From: Chiloscyllium plagiosum | Taxonomy: Eukaryota | Length of the DNA stretch: 64,000 nucleotides | Reading direction: 5' to 3' | Assembly (NCBI RefSeq): GCF_004010195.1 | Contig: NC_057718.1 | Span: 59,693,622-59,757,621, forward strand | In this document: piece by piece, positions 11,634 to 24,240 of the stretch | Position numbering within the stretch: the stretch's first letter is position 1 | Layout: each line of letters opens with the position of its first letter | Position numbers and translations under genes: made by a program | The notes under the pieces: generated by a model | What the model was told of the DNA's origin: nothing | Database searches by the model: none | Seen by the model: the letters and a program-made list of their open reading frames with translations, nothing else

Positions 11634-14244
11634 TTAGAATGAGAGGGTTGTGATAAAGGAAGAAGGGAGGATTGGAAAACCAGGAAGCACATGGTCACAC
11701 AACATACAACTTACACATCATGCCAGAAAGCTGATTTAGGGTGAAGGGGAGTTTGAGAAGATGCATAAAGCAAAATAATATTGTAATCTTAAATGTTTTA
11801 AGCTGGGCTGGATGCAAACGTCTATGCTATAGTTATCCCTGCTTCTTAGTCCCTTCTTGCAAAAATCATAAATTATTGAGTGGAATTGCCTCTTTGAACA
11901 CAGATGTGCCAAGTGTGACCCGCCTCATTTGCCCATGTGAGGATGTTGGGGGCCAGGTTCAGTGATGGGACTTCTGGATTTGGGCTTCCAACGCCATTTT
12001 TACTGCGCAAAAAGTCAGGCCTGAGTATTCCTGTTCTGTGGATCCTCAGCCCAGAGTTTTTAAAAATGTTTAACTGATATCACAGGTCTTTCCGAATTAC
12101 TATAACAATATTCTCTCAGTTCTGCATTGGAGGTCCAGCTTAGATTATGCATTCAAGACTTTGGAGTGGATGTGAATCATAGTCATCTGACTCAAATATG
12201 CAGTTTTATCCCAGGTCATGTTCTCAAACATCTCGTAATTAGCTGGAATTAGAGCAGAGATTGTTCAGGTAGTCTTTCCCTCTCCCTACCTACTTGTCTA
12301 ATACTTCACCAGGATATCTTAATTAGAGTCAAGAGCTTTTCTGATCTGAATTAGTTTCATGTAGATAGTTACTGGCAATGTTAAAATGATGCTGGTCAGA
12401 AAATGTAAAATGTGTGGACTCCAAAGCACAAATAACTTGGATGATAAACATTTTCTAATCAAATTATTTGTGTATTTGTTGACATTCTAGACTTTATTAT
12501 AAAACCCAACTTTTAAAAAATCCATTTATGATGGATTGACATATTCTTCATCTTTAGAACTTAAACGAATCATCATGATAATTTTATTTTCAACTTTAAG
12601 TGAGAATTTATCCACTCGCATTTTAAATCCTTATGGCTCAGAATTGATTAAATGTAAGTCATAATAAGAATATGATAGCAATTAGCAATTAAACCTCTGA
12701 ACAATCACAAAATATATTTGTCAGCTGTCACAATAACAACACTTGTATCACATAACAGAAACAACCATAAGCTTACAATTTCTGATACTGTACAGGAGTG
12801 AATGTTATAACTTGGCAAATGCATGGAATCATGAGACATTTTCATACCTGTTTCTTTGCTATTACATATTTGAGCATCTATTGAACACAGTGTAACTTTG
12901 TAATCAAATATGGCATTTATTTTTGTTGTTATTATGTTCCTGCACTTATTCCATGAAGAGAAATAATTGACAACATTTCAGATGGATTAGCCATAATTTT
13001 CTAAACTTCCTACCAAGAAAATGGGGATTTGGAGACATTTGGCTATGCCCTAATCATGCGAGTTGCATTGCACTGTAAAGCTGATGGTGCCAGTTTTCCC
13101 CTGAGATACGTTCTTGAAATGCATTCCCTGTAACTATTTAGCCAGTGAGATTGCCTATTGCAAAGTTAATCTAATTAGGCCATCAATTGAGGTGGGTTTT
13201 CTAAGTGATGACCTTTGGAAAGGAATTGAGGACTCCACCTCCATATCTACAAAGTGTGGTAACTATGAGATGTGATATGCAGGCTGAGAAATTGGATAGT
13301 ACAAGGACCCAATATGTACGTAAGCGTACCACATTTATTAAGAAATTGCTACACAAATGAAGGCACAGACAAATATAAAAGAAAAATTAAGTTATTCAAA
13401 TGATAGTTCTGCCCTGGCGCTATGAGATAGGATATATTGTGAAGCAGTTCAACTAAGTCAGAACTCCAATTCCCTATTCACCAAGAATCCTGCATTCCTT
13501 ACTTTGCCTTTTTCCAAATATCACTATCGCATTGTCCTTTTTCTCTATACACATTAGCCTTGCCCTCATTTGAAGACAACGTTAAATATAACACCAAATG
13601 TTAACCAATGTTTATCAAATAGCTTCTCATTCTTCACAGTTAAAAATAATATCATTCACTGTCATGTATTCCCTTTGTTCCTGCCTTGATCTGACCTGGT
13701 TCCCATGTGGTACTGCGCTGGCATTGTGATGTGAGCTTTGCCTTCATCAGAGTATTTATACCTGATGCAGCAATGCTTATTTTAGCTCCTGTAACATAAG
13801 AATAAAATGTGGAATTGAAAGATTCAACAGACCATTATAACAGTTTTTGATATTTGGGTATACATTTGAGTCCCAGATACTTAAGTGTCTAGGCTAATAT
13901 GCTTCCATTTGATTAAAAAACTCCATGTTTTTTCACCAACATGTCATGTTTGAGATAGTACTAGTAAAGTGGAATCTAAGCCCTTTATACCCTCAAACCA
14001 CATGCTATGATACAGTGATGATATCATGAACTTTTCTCCAAGAACTATATCATGCAAACTGTGAGACAGAGCACAACAGTTATAATTGAGGAGATACAAT
14101 GCTGCTGAGCTGCCATTGAAACTAGGACATGGGGAATGATTTCAGCAACACTATGTCAAGACCTCCTGTATACAGTATCATTTGAACACAGTCTGTAGCA
14201 TTTTGGAACAGTTACCTGGCAGCAGACAAGGGCTGGTAGGGAAA

Positions 14245-14395
14245 GTAACAAAACAGAACTTGCGAGAAGAACTCAGCAGGTCTGGCAGCATCGATGGACA
14301 GAAATCACAATTGACGTTTCAGGTCTAGTGAACCTTTTTCAGAACTATTTTTGATTCTAATTTCCAGCATCAGCAGTTTTCTGGTTTTTTTTTCT
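14245..14395. mobile_element. Older short PLE-derived insertion with degenerate hammerhead (14311-14345, minus strand)
   Basis: Minus strand CTGAAAA-AGGT-tcactag-ACCT-GAAA-CG-TC. Sense tail TTCCAGCATCAGCAGT. Degenerate TSD CTGGTAGGGAAAGTA / CTGTTGGGGAAGGTA. Confidence 0.6.
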
Positions 14396-14754
14396 GTTGG
14401 GGAAGGTATCCATGCTGCCATACTGAGGAAGGATGGCAGCTTTCTTCCTCATGGAGTTATTAATTATCAGTCTCTTGGGGTGATCATAGAACTTTTAGTG
14501 CTCTGTTCGTCAAAAATGCACTGAGGAGATAGAGCCTTCAAAAGCCCATTTCAACAATGGTTTCTAGAGTCAAGATTGCAGCCATCTGAGCTGTCACATT
14601 CATCACGAGACTCTTCGTCATGGTGAGCATCATTGTGGTACTATGGTGATGAGCACATGGAAGAGATTGACATTATGTCTTGCACTAAACTTCAAGCAAA
14701 AACAGAGATGGACTTGTGCATGTTACATGATATCAAGCACAAGCTCTATTTATG

Positions 14755-14908
14755 AAGTATTTAGAGGTGTACTTGCAATGCCAAGGCACACAAGGCTATG
14801 GGCCAAGTGTTGGAAAATGGGCTTAGAATAGTTAGGTGGTTGTTTTTGACTGGTGTAGACTCAATGGGCCTTTTCTTCTGAGCTTTAAACCCCTATGACA
14901 CTGTGACT
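14755..14908 (+). mobile_element. CR1 3'-end fragment
   Basis: GGCTATGGGCCAAGTGTTGGAAAATGGG...CTATGACACTGTGACT resembles the CR1 3' UTRs in this window. Confidence 0.65.
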
Positions 14909-15061
14909 ATCTGGCAGGCTACCAATGCTCTAAGCCTTGTTTTCCTTTGGCTTTCTTTGGTAACCCATCAAAGTCAGCATTGGAACCTTCTGACTGATAT
15001 GTGGTATCAATATCTGATTAACATCGCTGTGGTTCTGTTCGCCGAGCTGGAAGTTTTTGTT

Positions 15062-15101
15062 GCAAACGTTTCGTCCCCTGGCTAGGCGACATCATCAGTG
15101 C
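15062..15101 (-). ncRNA. Minimal hammerhead ribozyme motif
   Basis: GCA-CTGATGA-t-GTCgCCT-agcc-AGGgGAC-GAAA-CG-TT-TGC. Confidence 0.8.
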
Positions 15102-15365
15102 TTGGGAGCCTCCTGCGAAGCGCTTCTTTGATGTTTCCGCCGGTGTTTATAGTGGTCTGTCCCTGCCGCTTCCGGTTGTCAGTTTCAGCTGTCCGCTGTA
15201 GTGGTTGGTATATTGGGTCCAGGTCGATGTGTTTTTATAGTCTGTTTTATCTCATGTTCCTTGTAACAGAGGGAGTAAGGTGGGATAAAAAAAAATTGTG
15301 CTCTGTTTCACAGTCCTCCCTCTAACACTTACTGATACATCCTGCATTTCTCAGTATTACTATAA

Positions 15366-15560
15366 CATTGATAACAAGCAACATGAATTCGACTGGGACA
15401 ACACTACTATCATAGGGCAAGCCAGACAGAGAACAGCCAGGGAATTCCTAGAGGCATGGCATTCATCCACAAACTCCATCGACAAACACATCGACCTGGA
15501 CCCAATATACCAACCACTACAGCGGACAGCTGAAACTGACAACCGGAAGCGGCAAGGACA
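15366..15560 (+). pseudogene. Penelope/Poseidon-type GIY-YIG endonuclease C-terminal fragment
   Basis: HEFDWDNTTIIGQARQRTAREFLEAWHSSTNSIDKHIDLDPIYQPL fits the H.FDW....I......R...EAW pattern. Confidence 0.8.
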
Positions 15561-15616
15561 GACCACTATAAACACCGACGGAAACATCAAAGAAGCGCTT
15601 CGCAGGAGGCTCCCAA

Positions 15617-15656
15617 GCACTGATGATGTCACCTAGCCAGGGGACGAAACGTTTGC
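15617..15656 (+). ncRNA. Minimal hammerhead ribozyme motif
   Basis: GCA-CTGATGA-t-GTCaCCT-agcc-AGGgGAC-GAAA-CG-TT-TGC. Confidence 0.8.
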
Positions 15657-16389
15657 AACAAAAACTTCCAGCTCGGCGAACAGAACCACAGCAACGAGCA
15701 CCCGAGCTACAAATCTTCACACAAACTTTGATCTGATTAACATCATTTGTGGCCACCTATCTCCCTGCCCTAGTTCCTGTACATTTGTGCCTTGTGAGTC
15801 CTGCCTCAAATGGATCATCTGTTTGCCTTACAGAGCATGGGAAATGAAGGTGAGTCATAAGAAGGAGGGATAGGTGTAAGTAAACCTTGATATGATGCCT
15901 AGCATTGATAGTAACCACAGCCTCTATTATGCCCCATTTCCCTTACTAAATAAGCACAATCTCCTTAATGGCGAATAGGCAATGCTGACAGGCTAGCTTT
16001 CCACCTGTGGTTGCCTCTTCACTCCTTCTTCACCACTTTCTCCCCAGAGACAAAGATGTGCTTGTGCTAGTCTTGTAAGATGAGCGGATTACATGGTCGT
16101 CATAGTTGAGTAGAAGCATGTGTGTGCATGTGTCTGTGTGTGAGATACCAGATATGGATGCAAAATTTGTAAGTGTATTTAATGTGAAAGGGTGGCATAA
16201 ATATGTTTGAGTGAAGTTTATTGTACTGTTTGCAACAGAGTACAAATGCTGGGTCAGGGAGAGTTTAGGGTGTTTCAGTCAGCTAAATTGTGACTAGAAA
16301 CTAATTGAACAGAATTCTTACCTAATATAGTTAAATATCAATTAAGATTAACACTGAAATATTGTATAGGATAAAATTTGTTCTGAATT

Positions 16390-18700
16390 CTCATATAGAA
16401 GGGGCCACAGTGGACCATGTATTAGCTAATGAGCCTGGGCAGGTAACTGACTTTTCAGTGGAAGAGCATTTTGGAAACAGTGATCACAACTCCTTAAGTT
16501 TTAATATAACTATGAATAAAGGTAAAGTCAGGATCTTGTGGCAAGGTACTAAATTGGGGGAAGGCAATTTACAACAGCATCGGGCAGGAGCTAGGGAGAA
16601 TTAATTGGGAGGAACTGTTATCAGGCAAGTCCACATTTGACATGTGGGAATTGTTTAAAGGCCTGTTGATGAGAGTTCAGGTGCAGCATGTTCCAGTAAG
16701 GATGAAGGGCAAGAATGGGAAGTTAAGGGACCCTTGGATAATGAGAGAGGTTGTGAACTTAGTCAAAAGGAGGAAAGAAGCAAATGTAAGGTTCAGGAAG
16801 CTAAAATTGGACAGGATCTGTGCGGGATATAAATAAAGCAGGAAAGAACTTAGGCAGAGAATTCAGAGAGCAAGAAGGGGGCATGAAATGACCTTGGCAA
16901 GTGGGAGTGAAGGCAATCCTAAGTAATCCCAAAGCATTCTATACTACATTAAAAATAAAAAGGGTAACTAGAGAGAGGGTAGAAACACTCAAGGATAAAG
17001 GAGGGAACTTGCACTTGGAGGCAGAGGGTGTGGGTGAGATCCTAAATGAAAACTTTTTGTTGGTATTCACCCAGCAGAAGGATATGGAGGATAATGAGAT
17101 TTGTGGGGACCATGCTAATATGCTAAGGCATTTTGAGATCAAGAAAGAAGTGGTGTTGGGTCTCTTGAAGAGCGTTAAGGTGGATAAATCCTCAGGGCCC
17201 AATGGTATCAACCCCAGGTTAATGGGAGAGGGAAGAGAGGAAATTACTGGGGCCTTGACCAAGATCTTTGTATCCTTGCTAGCCAATGGAGAGGTCCTGG
17301 AGGACTGGCGAATAGCTCGTGTTGTTCAAGAAGGAAAATAGGGAAAATCCAGGAACCTATAGACCAGTAAGTCTCATATTGGTGGTTGGGAAGCTCTTAG
17401 AGAGAATTCTAAGAGCAAGGATTCATGCGCATTTGGAAATGTATGAATTAATTAGGGACAGTCAGCATGGTTTGATGCAGGACAAGTCATGTCTTATTAA
17501 CTTGATTGAATTTTTTGAGGAGGTGACAAGGGTGATCGATGAAGATAGAGCAGTGGTCGTTGTCTACATGGATTTTAGTAAGGCCTTCGACAAGATTCCT
17601 CATAGTAGGTTCATCCAGAAGGTTAATGCACATGGGATCCACAGTGACTTGGCCGTGTGGATTCAGAATTGGCTTGCCCATAGAAGGCAGAGGGTAATGG
17701 AAGGGTGTTTCGCTGGCCTTGGGTCAGTGACTAATGGTGTTCCCCAGGGATCCATTCTGGGAACTCTGCTGTTTGTGATATGTATTAATGACTTGGATGA
17801 AAATGTAGCTGGGTGGGTTAGTAGGTTTGCAGATGGTACAAAGGTTGGTGGAGTTGATGATAATGAAGAAGGTTGTCAAAGGCTACTTTGGGATATAGAT
17901 CAGTTGCAGATATTGGCAGAGAAATGGCAAATAGAGTTTAATCTGGGTAAGTGTGAGGTGCTGCACTTTTGATCTCCCAATTTAAAGGAAAAGCATACAG
18001 TTAATGTCAGACCCTCAACAGCATTGATGTACAGAGTGATCTTGAGGGTAAAGTCCTTAGCTTCCTGAAAGTGGTCATGTAAGTAGATAGGGTGGTAAAG
18101 AAGACAAATAATATGCTTACTTTATTGTTTGGGGAATTGTATATAAGAGTCAGGATGTCATATTGCAACTGTATAAGATGTCAGTTGGCTCAAACTTAGA
18201 GTATTGCATTCAATTCTGGCTGCTGCCTTACAGGAAAGATGTGGAGGCTTTGGAGAGGGTGCCAAAATGGTTTACAAGGATGCTGCATGGATTAGAAGGT
18301 ATGAGCAAAAGGAGTGGCTAGAAAATATCAGGTTGTTTTCTCTGGAGCGGTGGAGACTTGATAGAAGTCTATACAAGTTTATGAGATGCATAGATTGGGT
18401 TGACAATCAGAATCTTTTTCCCAGAGCTGACATGTCCAAAACTAGGGGACATGCATTTAAGGTGAGAGGGTAACGTTCAAAGGAGATGTGTGAGAAACAG
18501 GTTTTTTTGCACAGCGAGTGGTAGGAGTCTGGAACGCACTGCTGAGGTGGTAGTGGAGGTAGATAGAATAGGGGTAAATAGATAAACACATGAATGTTCA
18601 AGGAATAGAGGAATATGGACCAAGGGTGGTTTCAAGTTCAGCACAGCATCATGGCCAAGGGGCCCATTCCTGTCATGTACAATTCATTGTTCTATTCTCA
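16390..18700 (+). mobile_element. 5'-truncated CR1-type LINE (second subfamily), ORF2 remnant
   Basis: EHFGNSDHN (APE C-terminus), YRPVSL, YMDFSKAFDKIPH, GVPQGSILG, FADGTK, KCEVLHF. Frameshifted. Confidence 0.92.
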
Positions 18701-19879
18701 TTGCAATATTTTGTTGTAATTTTATCTATGACCTGGATTATAATTCACAGTTTCAATTATCAACACTACAGTAAGTTTAGTTTTAGTAAGTTGCATCTTT
18801 TTGTTTTAAATTTGCAATTGTTTGGAAATAAAATAACTATCTACTATATGTGAAATTTGTATCGAGGCACATTTCATTGAAAACTCAACATCTTGGATTT
18901 TGCATTTCTATGGTGAACATACAGCACTCACCATTCATTATGCTTGCACTTGCTTAGGTTATTACACTACTATTTACTGCTATCACAATCAAAACAATGT
19001 GGCATTCTCTACTGGAGATCTGAAAGTTGGATGGACAAATTGTGGTCCAGAACCTGTATGTTCTGTTGCAGTAGGCATTTTTAGTTTTATGGTGTCACAG
19101 AGTGTAATAGAATGACTATTATTTAATGGGTTTGTTACTCTGAAATTGTGCAGTCTGGTCATAAATTGCTCAATATGTTTTCTGAAAATGATTTCAGCCA
19201 CTATTTTTTCTAAAGTAACTGATTTTTTTCTAATACCCTAGATACAAGTTTAAATGATTTTTAAAATTACAAAATTTAAGAGGTCCAGTTAAATTCTGTA
19301 CACTAATTTGTTGTTGTGTAGTATCACTGTGAACACTATTTCCCGAATGTCTCTGCTCACTTGAATGGCTCAGTTTGGATGTGATGTTTTTGGCTGGATA
19401 TATGATCTTATGAATTTGGATTGTGCAGCATAATTAGATGCTTTAAATCCAAGTTTCAAAGCTCCAATGGTATTGTTAAGTCAAATGTATTAATGTTTTA
19501 TTTTCTTATCTCCCCTGGTTACTCCTGTCCACTAGATAAGGAAAGTAAGTTTGAAAGAAGAGCAAGGGAAAAACATTCCAAAAATTTGAAAAACACACAC
19601 TCGCTCTCTCTCGCTCTCTCTCTCTCTGTCTTTCCTCCTCTTTGATCCAACATCTGTGTATGAACATTGAAGTAAATAGTCATTTAGTAGGACAGAACTT
19701 GATCATGTATGAAAAAAGATACATTCTGTCAATTTTTTATCTGTATATTTTGGGTGTGAATGAATAACAAAACTTAGAATGTTTGGGCTGCATGGATATT
19801 GTTACATTGTCAGAAACCAGAAGTGTATTAAACCAGAAGAACAAATGGGAAAGGGAAAGAGAAAAATTGGAACAGTGAG

Positions 19880-20115
19880 TAAATAATTCCACAGTGGCCA
19901 GTATCCAGTCACCAAGTCACCCTTCACTGACATGTGGAGGGTCCTTGACACTGATCCAACTCCCTCAGAGGCAGCTCTCAATGTGAACAGGAGTCTGACA
20001 CTCCTGATTTTATTTGTCAGCCAGGGCTCCTCCCTGATTAGACCAAATTAACGCCCTAATCAGGTAACACATATTCTATGAGATCCACTTGGCTGACCTC
20101 ATTACAATTACTACA
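19880..20115 (-). mobile_element. Short solo LTR (~236 bp)
   Basis: Minus strand starts TGTAGTAAT. Homologous to 50723-50950. Flanked by a 5-bp direct repeat GTGAG (19875-19879, 20116-20120). Confidence 0.7.
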
Positions 20116-20910
20116 GTGAGGGGGGGGAAAAAGGAAGTGTGCAAACTTCAAATTTCATTGGACGTTTAAGTTTGAAGCCGATTAATTATCTACCTCTCTG
20201 AATGATGAAAGATTAATGCCAATCATAGACAGAGACTTTAGGGATTTTTTAACTCCCTCTTCCTTCAATAGTGGGAGTAAAGTTGCAGGATTGGATTGAT
20301 GATTTGTCACCCTTCTGACACCATATTTCTTTGTGTTTTCACTAACTCAGATGCCACAAGGGGAAGACCACAAAGTTATGCAAATAATAGTTCTGATACA
20401 TATTTAGATCTCTGACTGCAAGTTGAATGGCTACTGAGTAAAGTGTCTGCTGTGATGTTCACTTAGTGCAACATCAAAGAACAACAAAAGTGGTAAACTT
20501 TGAAATTAGTTTTAAGAAACCAAGAGGAGTGGGATTGCTACCCTGGGCTCCCATAGAATAACATGGCCTGCTGCTACCTCTGACTGTCCCTCTCCACCAC
20601 TGAGGAGAGAATGGAAATGCATTTGATTTGAGGAAAGTTTCAGAAATGAGAGTAAGACTTCCCTGCAAGAATCAATCCGAATGTAGCATGCAACCACTGA
20701 AGACTCTTTTCTCTCCATCATAAAACCAATGACTTTCCAGAAGGAGGGAAAGATGAGGAGAGAACAAGATGATAAAAAGGAACAAAAAACAAAATATTTG
20801 CAGTGAAGGGTGTTTAAATATCTATCAGGCATGATATTTAAATCATGATCGTGAGTTGTCGCAGTGATACATAACATTCTGTCCGACCATCCTTTGGCAT
20901 CATCCATGAT

Positions 20911-21270
20911 CATAGAATCACTACAGTGTAGAACCTGGCTATTCAGCCCATCGAGTCCACACTGACCCTCTGAACAGCAGTCCACCAAGACCCATCCCGC
21001 TACCCTATCCCTATAACTTTGCATTTTCCATGGCTAATCCACCTAACCTGCACATCCCTGGACACTATGGGCAATTTTGCATGACCAATCCACCTAACCC
21101 GTATGTTTTTGGACTGTGGGAGGAAACCGGAGCACCCATTGGAAACCCACACAGACATGAGGAGAATGTGCAAACTCCACACAGATGGTCGCTCAAGGCA
21201 GGAATCAAACCCAGGTCACTGGAGTTGTGAGGCAACAATGCTAACCATTAAGCTACCATGCTGTACCATG
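20911..21270 (-). mobile_element. HE1-like tRNA-derived V-SINE
   Basis: Reverse-complement homolog of 41956-42305. Has TGTGTGGAGTTTGCACATTCTCC, the V-SINE-like core and a CR1-like 3' tail. Confidence 0.85.
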
Positions 21271-23243
21271 CTGATGGTCGATGGCTTGACATCCTGCACA
21301 TAGATTTGCCTTTACCAATCTTCCATTTGCAGAATTTGCTTGTTGCTACCTAACCCGTCCATTAAGCAGTACTTTTTGCATTCCTTGCCCCCATTCATCC
21401 ATTTCATCCCTTATGTCTCTTACCAACAACCATCCCCTTTCTCTCTATCACTTGTCATTTCTCCTTTCTTCTAGACGACTCCCTCTTTTCCCCATTTATC
21501 TCCTTTCTCCTTAACCCTCCTCTCCCAGGCTATTATTTCTCACACTGTAGCTTGACCTGAATACAGTATTGTGTTTTAATGCTCTGAGGCCAATACAATC
21601 CAAGATCAACTCGAATATTAAATTAGGTACAAGTGCCATGCTTTTTAATAGAAGACTCTTACAAAGATCTGCAGAGGTTGTTGCTCCTGTAGGTGGGAGA
21701 CTGATAGACATTTTCAATATTAAAGGTGTCTTGTTGTGTGACATACAATAACTGCTAGTGTACACTGACAGAATAGCACCCTGTGATTGTAATACCTGGC
21801 AGATAGTTTCACACAAAACAGTCAAAACGCACTTTGATTGTCTTAGTTTGTTGCTGGAATTTGTTCAATAAAATTTCTAAAATCCAAAGATAGGAGTTGA
21901 AATAAAATTCAAAAAATTATATACTTGAAGATTTTAATGGTAGAAAAGTTTGTTGGGTTGTGTAACAGGCAGGAAATTGATGAAACTAGATTATGATATG
22001 TGGAGTGAAGTCAAAAAGTTCTTTTATTAGGTAGTCCCTCAAGATTGAGGATGATTTGCCTCAAAGCTGGTTTATTGGGTTCGGATGTAACTGGCAAGTT
22101 CAATGCATGATCTGCAGAATGTACCACACACAGAGCAGCTGATGCTGATGCTGCCATCTTGAACTGCTCCAGTCCTTGGAACGTAGATATTCCCAGGGTG
22201 CAGTTAAAAGGGGAGATGTAGGATTTTAACTCAGTGACAATGAAGGAACAGTAATGTGGTCCTATGGTGTTTGGCTTGGAGGGGAATTTGCAGGGGGTGA
22301 TTGTCCCATGTACCGAAAAGAATAAGGAGAAGGCCTATGGTGCAACGTGGATGAGGATGATGAGTTGAAAAGTAAGGATCATTGGGTGAGGGGGAGGGGG
22401 TGCAGGAGAAAAAAACAATCAGTTGTGTTCGGAAAGCAAGCAATGCTGGCAATAAGAAGATAGCAAGCAAGAGCCACATTTTCCCACTCTGAATGTGAGC
22501 TTTGGGCCTTTCTCAACTTCAGTACGCTAGCTACCCTCCTCGCATTGCTACATGCTCCATATGAGCTGCAAACAAAATTCAAAGAAGAAACTAAAACATG
22601 AGAAAGTAGGTAAGAATGAAGGAGTAGGAACATTTTAAAAAAGAAATAAGGAAAGAAGAAATGAATAAGAAAAGCAAAATAAGACTAGAAACAGAGATGC
22701 AGCAATAAAAAGGCACCAGAGGTGGAAGAGCGTTATCATCTTATCTGATTTACTTATCTCGGATTGTTCAAAATCCCTTTAAGATATTGAAAAGAAACCA
22801 CCTACAAGATTTTTGATATGACCAGTCAACATATCAATGAGGAAATTCTGAGCTGGATTTCTAATATCCTCATCATAACATGAGGGTACTTATACTCCAG
22901 TGATATGGAGGATTTGTGGCTTTATAGGAGAAGCCTGAGCTCTGGACTCCAAACCCCTCAGGGACTTGATGACCATGGAAGGTGTGTTCATAACACCCGA
23001 TCAAACAAAGTGATAATCAATCAGTAAATTCTTCCAACATGCCTTGGGCAAGCAGTAAGAGGACATGAGCTTCCTGTTCAGCCATGTTTAATCCACACTG
23101 GCACATCCTCAAGTTATAACCTCTGGTGACAGGTTGGCAACCCATTCCCAGCATAATTACTCATTGAAATAGATATAAATGCAAATTTTGTCTGCTCTGG
23201 GTGCCATTGGAAATAGAAATGCACCTTTGCGTAATACTCTGTA

Positions 23244-23572
23244 GGCAGGTGATGGCCTGGTGGTATTATTGCTGGATTGTTAATCCAGAGACCTAGACAA
23301 TGTCCTGGGGAACTGAGTTCAAATCCTGTCATGGCAGATGATGGAAATTGAATTCAATTTTAAAAAATCTGGAATTAAGAGTCTAATAATGACCATGAAT
23401 CCATTGTTTGAAAAAACCATCTGGTACACTAATATTCTTTAGGAAAGGAAACTGCCGTTCCTTACCTGGTCTGGTCGACATGTGACTCCAGACTCACAGC
23501 AATGTGGTTACTCTTAACTGTTAGAGATGGGCTAGCTAGCAATGACCTCATTCTGTGAATGAATAAAGAAAA
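23244..23572 (+). mobile_element. tRNA-derived SINE with LINE-derived tail
   Basis: A-box-like TGGCCTGGTGG, B-box-like GAGTTCAAATCC. Homologous to 40395-40747. Ends TGAATGAATAAAG. Confidence 0.8.
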
Positions 23573-23944
23573 CTCTAGTGAGTAATGAAGTATAGCCATC
23601 TCCTACTTGCAACCAATATCAGCAGCTCTTGTTGCCCTCATGATGAGTAAATGGCACTCACCACATATCGCTGCTACATGCATGCACTGGGGAAACTGTG
23701 TGCAACTCTTCTGTTTTCCAATAACCTCCATTGCTCCACTTAGGTGAATCCTCCACACCACTGTCCTGTTTTGGGCTCACATGTAACAAAATGGCAGGGT
23801 GCATCACATGAAGCAGGAATGATCACCTCTGCAGTGGCAAAGGGGTTTGGCAGCGACATATTACTTCGAGTGTACAGTGGCATCTTCACAGCCATCTGTC
23901 TCTTTTTGTTTGATGCCAACTACATCCCATTTTGTGAAAGGGAA

Positions 23945-24240
23945 ATCATGTTTGATATGTTTGCTAAAGTTCTTTGAAAGAGAAGTGGTAGATGTAGTAT
24001 ATTTGAATTTCCAGAATGCATTTGATAAAGTGCCACATAAAAGATTATTGTAGAAGGTAGGAGCTCATGGTAATGGGGGTAAAATATTTAGATGGAATGA
24101 GGATTGTTGAACATACAGAAGACAGAGAGTCACAATTAATGAATCTTTTGTTGGGTTGGATAGATGTAAGGAATGGAATGTCACAAGGATCTGTCTCAGG
24201 GCCTCATTTACTGATGACTTGGAGGAGGGGCCAAAACTTC
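23945..24240 (+). mobile_element. Degenerate CR1 RT fragment
   Basis: VDVVYLNFQNAFDKVPHKRLL and GMSQGSVSGP. Confidence 0.8.

Larger units (their letters stand above)
15026..15730. mobile_element. PLE insertion with ~209-bp inverted arms, filler and a GIY-YIG C-terminal fragment
   Basis: 15026-15234 is the reverse complement of 15484-15692. 38-nt tail at 15693-15730. Perfect 14-bp TSD ATCTGATTAACATC (15012-15025, 15731-15744). Confidence 0.9.

Noticed and set aside
15026..15730. MITE or DNA transposon reading of the long inverted repeats
   Set aside because: The asymmetric tail, hammerheads, GIY-YIG fragment and variable-length TSDs indicate Penelope-like retroelements.
17319..17972. 217-aa RT ORF as an active element
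   Set aside because: Bounded by frameshifts and stops, and the catalytic FADD reads FADG.
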